From: Bacteroidales bacterium
GTDB taxonomy: Bacteria > Bacteroidota > Bacteroidia > Bacteroidales > JAUNSR01
DNA: 64,000 nt
Reading direction: 5' to 3'
Assembly (NCBI GenBank): GCA_030539115.1
Contig: JAUNSR010000007.1
Location: 14,929 to 78,928, forward strand
Part shown: in pieces, positions 49,295 through 57,031 of the stretch
Layout: the number at the start of each line of letters is the position of its first letter
Position numbering within the stretch: position 1 is the first letter of the stretch
The notes under the pieces: model-generated
The model's database searches: none
What the model was told of the DNA's origin: nothing
The model's input: the letters and a program-made list of their open reading frames with translations, nothing else
Made by a program: the position numbers and the translations under genes

Positions 49295-49642
49295 TTATTT
49301 AAGATTCTTGGAGGAAATAATCTCTCCCAATGTATAAACCATCTCGGCATCTTCAATCAAAAGATTATTGTTATCGTCTTCATAAAGTTTTATATAGCCA
49401 TCTTCATCTGCCTCATATTCAAGCTCTGTTTTGTCGATTTTGACGAGAGCTTCAGGAGCATCCTCCTCATGGCCTGCTTTAAAAAGGATGGCATCATACA
49501 TAATTAATGTAACCTCATTTGGAGTTATTTTTACATATTTCTTCTGAGTGGAAGGAGTGATTGTTCTTTTTTCCTCTTTCTTTTCACCTGCAATTATCTT
49601 GTCGAAAGACGCATTTTTAATAAGAAGCGTAAGTATTTCCAT
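49295..49642 (-). CDS. ASCH domain-like protein
   Basis: 115 aa. The N-terminal ..ASFDKIIAGEKKEEKR.. pattern is typical of ASCH/PUA-like folds. Confidence 0.45.
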   Translation of the reverse strand: MEILTLLIKNASFDKIIAGEKKEEKRTITPSTQKKYVKITPNEVTLIMYDAILFKAGHEEDAPEALVKIDKTELEYEADEDGYIKLYEDDNNNLLIEDAEMVYTLGEIISSKNLK

Positions 49643-49801
49643 AATTGTAATTTTTTACAAACTTAACCAGAAAAGTTAATTATAAATAGATTTTAGTGTT
49701 TAAATAAAAACGCAATAACTCTCTTAAAGTTGCAATAGTTAAGTAAAAGTAAATTTATGACCCATTTAAGCTTTTGCTAAATTAATAGTTGGACATTATT
49801 A

Positions 49802-50121
49802 TTCATTTGTATATTATTTATTTTCCTAACCATAACTTCTAAGGTGCAAATGCGCCATTTATATACCTTTTGTAAGGTATCTCACCTTTAAGTGAGTTAT
49901 GGCGATTTCATTTGTATATTATTTATTTTCCTAACCATAACTTCTAAGGTACAAATGCGCCATTTATATACCTTTTGTAAGGTATCTCAACTTTAGGTGA
50001 TTTATGGCGATTTCATTTGTATATTATTTATTTTTCTAACCATAACTTCTAAGGTACAAATGCGCCATTTATATACCTTTTGTAAGGTAACTCAACTTTA
50101 GGTGATTTATGGCGATTTCAA
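49802..50121 (-). repeat. AFSR tandem array D: three units of exactly 105 bp
   Basis: TTCATTTGTATATTATTTATTTT starts at 49802, 49907 and 50012. Units are more than 90% identical. The array lies 160 bp upstream of the ASCH gene. Confidence 0.95.
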
Positions 50122-50171
50122 TATTAATTTCATTTAAAAGTTGTTTTTACAAATTTATCGCTGCTATTAAT

Positions 50172-50774
50172 TTAACATCTAATCAAATCATCAGGAGTAT
50201 TTATTTCTTTCATATTTTTTAATAGATCATCATTGATAGTATAAGATATAATGTTATTATTTAAAATGAATTCTGTAATGCTCTCTTTATTGTTAAGAAT
50301 GCATCTTTTTATATCTATATTAATACTTTTATATAAAATGATTGGGTAGGGGAATACTATGCTATTATAATTGAAACAAAAAACAGTATGATCAAGAGTG
50401 ATGGATTTTTTATCATAGTTTTTCTCAAGATCGACAAGAGATGCAACCATTTCTTTGTTTAAAAATGGCATATTACAGCTGACTATAAGATTCTTTTGAT
50501 TATTACTTACATTTAAAGCGCTGAAAACACCTCCTAAAGGACCTGAATATGGGAAAACATCTTCAACCATTTTTAAATTGTAAACCTCATACTCAGGATC
50601 ATTTCCACTGATAATTATTTCATTGCAGAAATCTGACAAAAGATCAATTGCCTTTTTTAATAATGTTCTTCCTTGTAAAAGATAGACAGCCTTATTTGAT
50701 CCAAATCTTTTGTTTAATCCTCCTGCCAAAATTATGCCTGTAAGTAATTCATCTTTATGCATTATAATAAACAA
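50172..50774 (-). CDS. MobA-like NTP transferase (molybdenum cofactor guanylyltransferase family)
   Basis: GIILAGGLNKRFGSNKA, SGPLGGVFSAL and VSCNMPFL motifs. The true start may be the internal Met at 50762 (MHKDELL). Confidence 0.65.
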   Translation of the reverse strand: MFIIMHKDELLTGIILAGGLNKRFGSNKAVYLLQGRTLLKKAIDLLSDFCNEIIISGNDPEYEVYNLKMVEDVFPYSGPLGGVFSALNVSNNQKNLIVSCNMPFLNKEMVASLVDLEKNYDKKSITLDHTVFCFNYNSIVFPYPIILYKSINIDIKRCILNNKESITEFILNNNIISYTINDDLLKNMKEINTPDDLIRC

Positions 50775-50834
50775 TTATAACCGTGTTTATAATAACTCAA
50801 ACTATATATAATAACATAATGATTTTTTATTTGG

Positions 50835-50920
50835 TTTCATTTGTATATATTTTAATTTTTAACACCGAGGTACAATTACACCATTTATATACCTTTTGTT
50901 GGGTATCTTGGCGGTTTTAT
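50835..50920 (-). repeat. AFSR repeat copy E (degenerate, hairpin 1 deleted)
   Basis: In element orientation it reads ATAAAACCGCCAAGATACCCAACAAAAGGTATATAAATGGTGTAATTGTACCTCGGTGTTAAAAATTAAAATATATACAA-ATGAAAC. Confidence 0.65.
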
Positions 50921-50930
50921 TTCAAAAGCT

Positions 50931-52235
50931 TTAATTATCGACTCTTGTGCCGTCACTTTTAATCCAAATGGGAATAGAAGGATCAATACAAGTAACAGGA
51001 AAACGAAGTGTAGTGTCGTAAATAGTCTGCATAAAGTTTGGAGCATATGTAAGACGTTCCTCTTTTGAACACATTTGTTTCTGTGCATCATTTTTACTTG
51101 TAACATTTTGTCCGTTACCTTTTGCCCAGAATGGCTTTTTGGGAGTATTGGCATGATAGAAACCATCCTGTTCAAAACTCATGATATTATAATCTATACT
51201 TCCATACCATTGGCCAGGAACTTTTTCTGTTGCTAAATTACCACCGATAGCAAAATAATTAGGATAATGCTCCATATTGAAATTAATAATTACTACAGGT
51301 TGACGACCGGTATTATCTCCAAAAAGAGGGTAGTTGGCAGAAGCTTCATCACAACAGTTTATTAATGTTATAGGATGAACCCATACACCGCTTGTAAGAG
51401 GATAACAATTGAAAGTAAATCCATACCTGCAAAATACTGAACCAAGATTTGTGCCGTAATAATGTTCTCCTCCAACAGCAAATCCAACTCCAAAAGAGGT
51501 GCAATCAACATATTCGATATTAAATTCCAAACAATTGTTTGAACCCTGAACTCCTCTAACGCCGATACATCCCTCAACACCTAAATGTGGAGTGCTGTTA
51601 ATATCATATCTGTTTTTATCACTGCCTTGCAGGGCACAATGCATTACACGTATTGATTCAAACATAATTCCATCAATACAGACAATATTTTTTTGGTTAT
51701 ACGGAAGAACAATAGCAATGTATCTGAAATCCAAATGAGTTTTTCTGTTTTTCAAACTGCGAATGACTGCATATTGTTGAGTGGAATCCAAGTTGTCATA
51801 ACAGGATTTAGAAACTGTAAATAAAACTCCATTATATTTAAAATCAAGAGGATTGTCACCTAAATGAATATCAATGCTGTTGCAGTCAAAACCTATTAAT
51901 CTGATTTTTGAGTGGACATCATCTTCTCCGGGAATGCCAAGAGCATAGAATGGAGTCCCATCGGTGGTCTCTTGAAAATGATCGAAAATATATACACCTG
52001 CCAAAAATTGAATCTCGCCATAACTGCCCAAGCTGTTAATGGCATTTTGAATTGTTTTTTCATCATTTTTGCCGGTGCATACGATGTCTGCCGATGACTT
52101 GTCGGCATTTGAAGAATTTACTGCTGCTATAACAATTTTATGACATTCTTTAAATAGTTTTTGTTCATCCTTTTGTGAAAATGCAGCAATGTTCACACAG
52201 AATAGGAATAAAATAAGGCTTTCGAGTGTTTTCAT
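50931..52235 (-). CDS. hypothetical secreted protein, possibly right-handed beta-helix (pectate-lyase-fold) protein
   Basis: I place the start at MKTLESLILFLFCVNIAAFSQ (52235). The track's 14-aa N-terminal extension runs into repeat copy F. ..DIVCTGKNDEKTIQNAINSL..GEIQFLAGVY resembles Pectate_lyase_3 N-termini. Confidence 0.45.
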   Translation of the reverse strand: MKTLESLILFLFCVNIAAFSQKDEQKLFKECHKIVIAAVNSSNADKSSADIVCTGKNDEKTIQNAINSLGSYGEIQFLAGVYIFDHFQETTDGTPFYALGIPGEDDVHSKIRLIGFDCNSIDIHLGDNPLDFKYNGVLFTVSKSCYDNLDSTQQYAVIRSLKNRKTHLDFRYIAIVLPYNQKNIVCIDGIMFESIRVMHCALQGSDKNRYDINSTPHLGVEGCIGVRGVQGSNNCLEFNIEYVDCTSFGVGFAVGGEHYYGTNLGSVFCRYGFTFNCYPLTSGVWVHPITLINCCDEASANYPLFGDNTGRQPVVIINFNMEHYPNYFAIGGNLATEKVPGQWYGSIDYNIMSFEQDGFYHANTPKKPFWAKGNGQNVTSKNDAQKQMCSKEERLTYAPNFMQTIYDTTLRFPVTCIDPSIPIWIKSDGTRVDN

Positions 52236-52257
52236 GACTTCTGTAAAGTGTTTGTAT

Positions 52258-52365
52258 ATGAAATCGCCATAACTCACCTAAAGCTGAGATACCCAACTAA
52301 AGGTATATAAATGGCGCATTTGTACCTTAGAGGTAACGGTTAAAAAAAATATATATATACAAATG
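52258..52365 (+). repeat. AFSR repeat copy F (solo, full-length 105-nt unit with ATGAAA at both ends)
   Basis: ATGAAATCGCCATAA-CTCACCTAAAGCTGAG-ATACCCAACTAAAGGTATATAAATGGCGCATTTGTACCTTAGAGGTAACGGTTAAAAAAAATATATATATACAA-ATG. No gene follows it directly. Confidence 0.9.
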
Positions 52366-52541
52366 AAAGAAATAGACAAAAATAATCTCTTTTAGTTTAT
52401 TTCTTGATAATCATTACAATATAATATCAAAGAAAGGAATAAATTTCTTAGTAAAATGATTTTTATGCAAATTCTTATTTATTTGTTTATTTTATGACAA
52501 TAAACCTTCATTATTTAATTTTGATTGTCATTATTATAATA

Positions 52542-52676
52542 TGTCTTAAGTAACATAAATGTGTAACTTAAGTATGTTTGCATACTATCTTAAGTAACAT
52601 ATTAAACTATCTTAAGTAATTTAAACATGTTATTTAAGTCGTACGTTAGTGTATCTTAAGTTGTTTAAATAAATTG
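52542..52676. repeat. iteron-like array: six CTTAAG-centred boxes at exact 22-bp phasing
   Basis: CTTAAG at 52545, 52567, 52589, 52611 and 52655, with TTTAAG at 52633. Conserved core (C)TATCTTAAGTAA with variable 10-12 nt between boxes. Confidence 0.9.
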
Positions 52677-53129
52677 ACAAGTATAATTTGAAAATTAATG
52701 ATTAAAAATTAATGTTGACAATTCAGATGATAAGAGCATAATTAAACAACCGAGTAGAAGAGTGTTTTGTTTAATAAATAAGTTGTTAAGAGATGAATAT
52801 ATTTTACAGCAATTGATTTTCGTACAAAATAACAAAGATTTTATTTACTGCAATTCGATTTATTTTGATAACATAATATCTCATATACGAAATATTGGAC
52901 AACCATTCGATGCAAATAATCAGTTTATGACTATTAATCCCAAAGCAAGAATGGATGGAGTGATTTTTGTTAAAGAGTCGGAGTGATTTTGTTGGAATAA
53001 AATAGGAATATGTATAGATGTTTTTTTGATAAATTTCAATATTCGTTAAATTACGAACACTTCTTTATTTAATTATTTTAAGTCAGTATATTTGTGAGTG
53101 GAAAATGTAAGTCGTTTTTTATTCTCTTA

Positions 53130-53137
53130 TAGATTTG
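53130..53137 (+). promoter_or_regulatory. candidate -7 box (TAGATTTG) of the arsR operon
   Basis: TAnnTTTG match 78 nt upstream of the ATG at 53215. Confidence 0.4.
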
Positions 53138-53155
53138 TATACTAAAAAGAGGTAT

Positions 53156-53177
53156 AAATGATTTGCAAATATCATTT
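53156..53177. promoter_or_regulatory. palindromic candidate ArsR operator
   Basis: AAATGAT-TTGCAAAT-ATCATTT, a 7-bp inverted repeat around a TTGCAA centre, just downstream of the -7 box. Confidence 0.5.
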
Positions 53178-53214
53178 TGTGAATAATTAGAATATGTATT
53201 AATAAAAAGATTAT

Positions 53215-53535
53215 ATGTCCAAAGAATATACTATCCGACAAGAGCAAATAGCCCGTTTTGCAAAGGCTTTAGGTCATCCGGCACGTATTGCAATATTGGA
53301 TTTTTTACTTAATCAGGAAACTTGCTATTTTGGAGATATTCATGATGAACTTCCCATATCAAAAGCTACCGTTTCCCAACATTTGAAGGAGTTGAAAGAG
53401 GCGGGTCTTATTCAAGGAGAGATAGAAACGCCCAAAGTAAAATATTGTATTAATAAGGAAAATTTAAAGCTGGCAAATACTTTGTTTGGAGAGCTTTTGG
53501 GAAAAGACTTACATAAAAAAGAAAATTGCTGTTAG
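53215..53535 (+). CDS. arsR: ArsR/SmtB-family metalloregulator
   Basis: [18 protein letters not shown]...[19 protein letters not shown], with a C-terminal CC pair. Confidence 0.85.
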   Translation: MSKEYTIRQEQIARFAKALGHPARIAILDFLLNQETCYFGDIHDELPISKATVSQHLKELKEAGLIQGEIETPKVKYCINKENLKLANTLFGELLGKDLHKKENCC

Positions 53536-53605
53536 GTCAGCTTTTTTTTATGTTGTTTGTTCGTTGTTTTACGAATAATTATCAATTAAATAAATATAAA
53601 AGGTT

Positions 53606-53854
53606 ATGGAAATAAAAATTTTAGGAACAGGTTGTGCAGGTTGTATGTCTTTATACAAAACAGTAGTTGATGTAGCTTCTGAGCTTAAATTAGATGCAAC
53701 AATAGTAAAGGAAGAAGATATAATGAAAATAATGGAGTATAATGTAATGACATTACCGGCTTTAGTGATAGATGGCAAAGTTGTTGCAAAAGGAAAGATA
53801 TCTTCAATCGAAGTTAAAACATTGCTAATGAAATCACCATTTTCTTTAAAATGA
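53606..53854 (+). CDS. thioredoxin-fold small protein (redox-active disulfide protein 2-like)
   Basis: MEIKILGTGCAGC... with a CxxC at the N-terminus. 82 aa. The antisense ORF 53569..53913 is rejected. Confidence 0.7.
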   Translation: MEIKILGTGCAGCMSLYKTVVDVASELKLDATIVKEEDIMKIMEYNVMTLPALVIDGKVVAKGKISSIEVKTLLMKSPFSLK

Positions 53855-54828
53855 TACAAAAATTTGCTGACTGGCTTGTATATGATCTCTTTAGTATAGA
53901 TGCTTCTACTCATTTTGGAGCATCTTTAAACTTCTTTTTCTATGACACAATAAAGATTCTCATTTTGCTTTTCTTAATTAGTTCAATAATGGGAGTTATA
54001 AATGCATATTTCCCAATTGAAAGGCTAAAGAACTTTTTGACAACAAGAAAACTTTATGGATTTCAATATCTTTTTGCTTCCTTATTTGGAGCGATAACAC
54101 CTTTTTGCAGTTGTTCATCGATACCGTTATTTATAGGATTTGTTAAAGGTGGAATACATTTGGGAGTGACATTCTCTTTTTTAATAACATCTCCGCTTGT
54201 GAATGAAGTTGCTGTGGCTATGTTTTTAGGAACTTTTGGACTAAAAGCTACTCTTATTTACACTATCTCAGGAATTGCTCTTGGGATGATAGGCGGTGTA
54301 ATTTTAGAAAAATTGAAATTGGAACGTTATCTTAGTGATTGGGTTAAACAGATACAAGCTAAATCAGAAATAGAAACAGCTCAGTGGAAAATTGAACATG
54401 TTTCATTCATAAAACGGGTGCCGACAATTATACGAGATGCTGTTGGAATAGTTAGGGGTGTAATAATATATGTAATTATTGGAATAGGAATAGGAGCAAT
54501 TATTCATGGGTTTGTTCCCGAAGGCTTCTTTGAAACATATTTATCAGCAAACAGATGGTATAGTGTTCCATTGGCAGTTATTCTTGCCGTCCCAATGTAT
54601 GCAAATGCTGCCGGGATTGTTCCAGTGGTTCAGGTTTTTGTTGCAAAAGGGGTGCCTCTTGGAACAGCTATTGCATTTATGATGGGGGTTGTTGGACTTT
54701 CTCTTCCTGAGGCTACAATGCTTAAAAAAGTAATGACGTGGCGTTTGATAGCTATTTTCTTTGGACTTATCACTTTGTTTATTATTGTTTCTGGATATCT
54801 GTTTAATATTTTATTAATTTCGCTGTGA
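53851..54828 (+). CDS. permease (ArsP/DUF318-type)
   Basis: 325 aa, polytopic. TPFCSCSSIPLF motif. Conserved arsR/thioredoxin-like/permease gene order. Confidence 0.7.
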   Translation: MIQKFADWLVYDLFSIDASTHFGASLNFFFYDTIKILILLFLISSIMGVINAYFPIERLKNFLTTRKLYGFQYLFASLFGAITPFCSCSSIPLFIGFVKGGIHLGVTFSFLITSPLVNEVAVAMFLGTFGLKATLIYTISGIALGMIGGVILEKLKLERYLSDWVKQIQAKSEIETAQWKIEHVSFIKRVPTIIRDAVGIVRGVIIYVIIGIGIGAIIHGFVPEGFFETYLSANRWYSVPLAVILAVPMYANAAGIVPVVQVFVAKGVPLGTAIAFMMGVVGLSLPEATMLKKVMTWRLIAIFFGLITLFIIVSGYLFNILLISL

Positions 54829-54848
54829 AAATTGACTTAAAGATTAAA

Positions 54849-54947
54849 ATGGAAATGCCATAACTCAGCTAAAATTGAGATACACGGCAAAAGGTATATA
54901 AATGGCACATTTATACCGTGATGCTAATAATAAATTATATATAAATG
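54849..54947 (+). repeat. AFSR repeat copy G; its 3' ATG is the start codon of the PatB-like gene
   Basis: ATGGAAATGCCATAA-CTCAGCTAAAATTGAG-ATACACGGCAAAAGGTATATAAATGGCACATTTATACCGTGATGCTAATAATAAATTATATATAA-ATG. Confidence 0.85.
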
Positions 54948-56120
54948 GAGAACTACGATTTTAATAAATATATCGATAGAAAGAACAGTGATTGTGTAAA
55001 GTATGATGCATTGAAACAATTCTATGGAAGAGATGATTTGATTCCTCTTTGGGTTGCTGATATGGACTTTGAAACTCCTGACTTTATCATTGATGCCATC
55101 AAAAAAAGGCTTGAACATCCTATTTTAGGTTATCTTTCAATCCAGGATGGTTACTATCAAAGCATAATTGACTGGTGTGCAAAAATTCATAATTGGGATA
55201 TTAAAAAAGAATGGATTTCATACATTCCCGGCATTGTAAAGGGGGTAGGACTTGTATTGCAGGCTTTTACAAAGCCCGGTGACAAGGTTATTATTCAGCC
55301 TCCGGTTTATCATCCTTTCAGAATAGTTCCTGAATTAAATAAAAGAGAGATTGTTTGGAACAATCTTATATTTGAGAATGGGGAATACAAAATGGATTTT
55401 AAACAACTTGAATCTATAATCACTCCGGATTGTAAAGTTTTGATTCTTTGCAATCCTCATAATCCTGCCGGTATTGTTTGGGATAAAGAAACTCTTATTC
55501 AGCTCGCCAAGATTTGCAAAAAGCATAATATACTTGTCATATCTGACGAGATACATTCTGAAATGGTTCATAAAGGTTTTAAACATACCTCTTTTGCAAC
55601 ATCTTGTAAAGAGGCAGCTGAGAATAGCGTTACATTTATGGCACCATCAAAGACATTTAATATACCGGGGATTGTTAGTTCCTATTCCATTGTTCCCTCT
55701 GATACAATTAGAGAGAAGTTTTATTCTTTTCTTGAGGCTAATGAGTTTGGAGATTCAACGATTTTTGCAGTGACAGCGACAATTGCAGCATATGAAAAGG
55801 GTGAAGCTTGGCGTACTCAAATGATGGAATATGTTGAAGAGAACATCTCTTTTGTAAACGATTATATTTCAAATAATATTAAAGAAATAAAATGTTTTAT
55901 ACCTCAGGCATCCTATTTAATGTGGCTTGATTGCAGAGGATTAAATTTAAATCATGATGAACTTATAGACTTGTTTGTCGATAAAGCTCATTTGGCTTTA
56001 AATGATGGAACTATGTTTGGTCCAGGTGGAGAAGACTTTATGAGAATGAATTTAGGAGCTCCAAGAGTAATTTTAGAAAAAGCTTTAAAACAATTAAAAG
56101 ATGCAGTTTCAGGATTATAA
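54945..56120 (+). CDS. PatB/MalY-type cystathionine beta-lyase (class I/II aminotransferase)
   Basis: DRKNSDCVKYD...LIPLWVADMDFETP N-terminal signature and the SPSKTFNIPG PLP-lysine context. Confidence 0.85.
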   Translation: MENYDFNKYIDRKNSDCVKYDALKQFYGRDDLIPLWVADMDFETPDFIIDAIKKRLEHPILGYLSIQDGYYQSIIDWCAKIHNWDIKKEWISYIPGIVKGVGLVLQAFTKPGDKVIIQPPVYHPFRIVPELNKREIVWNNLIFENGEYKMDFKQLESIITPDCKVLILCNPHNPAGIVWDKETLIQLAKICKKHNILVISDEIHSEMVHKGFKHTSFATSCKEAAENSVTFMAPSKTFNIPGIVSSYSIVPSDTIREKFYSFLEANEFGDSTIFAVTATIAAYEKGEAWRTQMMEYVEENISFVNDYISNNIKEIKCFIPQASYLMWLDCRGLNLNHDELIDLFVDKAHLALNDGTMFGPGGEDFMRMNLGAPRVILEKALKQLKDAVSGL

Positions 56121-56862
56121 GGAAGTGAAAGATTTTCTTGATGAATATGTTTTAAAAATAAATACTCCGGATTTTATACAAAATGATCCGGTTCAATTTC
56201 CAAGAAGATATTCAGATTTAAGAGATATTGAAATAGTTGGAATGTTAATTGCAACAATATCTTGGGGAAAAAGGAACATGATTTTAAGAGATGCAGAAAG
56301 AATGCTTTCAGAAATGGGTGCATCTCCTTTTGATTATGTTATGTCTGCAGATTTGGATGAAGATGAAACATATACAATTCATAGAACTTTCAATAAAAGC
56401 GATTTTCAGTTTATTGTAAAGGGACTTCGGGAGGTTTACAAGCGTTATGATTCTATGGAATCGTTATTTATTGGAAAGGATAATTTTGAAGGCATCAAAT
56501 CTCTTAGAGATATTATTCTTTGTGCCAATAATATGCCTGGACATAGAGGTGAAAAACATGTTTCAAACCCTGATAAAAATTCAGCTTGCAAAAGACTTCA
56601 TATGTTTTTAAGATGGATGTCAAGAAAAGATGGAATTGTTGATATTGGTTGTTGGAAAAACGTTTATCCTTCCTCTTTATATATTCCTCTTGATGTACAT
56701 GTAGGTAATATTTCAAGAAGACTTGGGCTTTTAAACAGAGCACAAAATGATAAAAAATCTGTTTTTGAACTTACCAATATTTTAAGAGAATTTGATAAAG
56801 AAGATCCTATAAAATATGATTTTGCACTCTTTGGAATAGGCGAAGGTGGTTTTATGGATTAG
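56101..56862 (+). CDS. TIGR02757/DUF2400-family protein
   Basis: 253 aa. ..RLHMFLRWMSRKDGIVDIGCW...IPLDVHVGNISRRLGL.. pattern. Confidence 0.6.
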   Translation: MQFQDYKEVKDFLDEYVLKINTPDFIQNDPVQFPRRYSDLRDIEIVGMLIATISWGKRNMILRDAERMLSEMGASPFDYVMSADLDEDETYTIHRTFNKSDFQFIVKGLREVYKRYDSMESLFIGKDNFEGIKSLRDIILCANNMPGHRGEKHVSNPDKNSACKRLHMFLRWMSRKDGIVDIGCWKNVYPSSLYIPLDVHVGNISRRLGLLNRAQNDKKSVFELTNILREFDKEDPIKYDFALFGIGEGGFMD

Positions 56863-56895
56863 AATATTTATAGATTTATCCTTTTTAGATATAAA

Positions 56896-56939
56896 AGAAA
56901 ATGGAGACTTTATTAATTATCAATAGGTCTCCATTTTCT
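56896..56939. terminator. bidirectional hairpin terminator
   Basis: AGAAAATGGAGAC-N18-GTCTCCATTTTCT. Confidence 0.75.
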
Positions 56940-57031
56940 TTTTCTGTTAAATAAGCATACCCCAAGTCTTGTAAACAAGCAAAGACTTGAAATAATTTCT
57001 ATTTAAAGCTATGATATTCACATCATTCTAT

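Noticed and set aside
49802-50121. Whether the tandem arrays (also 60521..60711, 52542..52676 and 43684..43785) could be CRISPR arrays
   Set aside because: The 105-bp and 97-bp units are near-identical throughout, with no unique spacers. The 22-bp and 35-bp arrays have repeat cores of about 12-21 bp and variable parts far shorter than CRISPR spacers. No cas genes or leader are present.
52250-52366. Terminal inverted repeat TTTGTATAT / ATATACAAA around AFSR copy F as evidence for transposon ends
   Set aside because: The left-hand TTTGTATAT is not present at the 5' flank of the other copies (C, G, H, D). In copy F it is probably a coincidence of flanking sequence.
52680-52740. E. coli-style sigma70 promoter look-alike (TTGACA-N17-ATAATT)
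   Set aside because: The primary sigma factor of Bacteroidota recognises TTTG (-33) and TAnnTTTG (-7), not TTGACA/TATAAT. The match is expected by chance in AT-rich sequence.
52762-52986. 74-aa + strand ORF in the spacer upstream of arsR
   Set aside because: It has a non-ATG start, an AT-rich low-complexity translation, no family resemblance and no promoter motif. It is probably non-coding.
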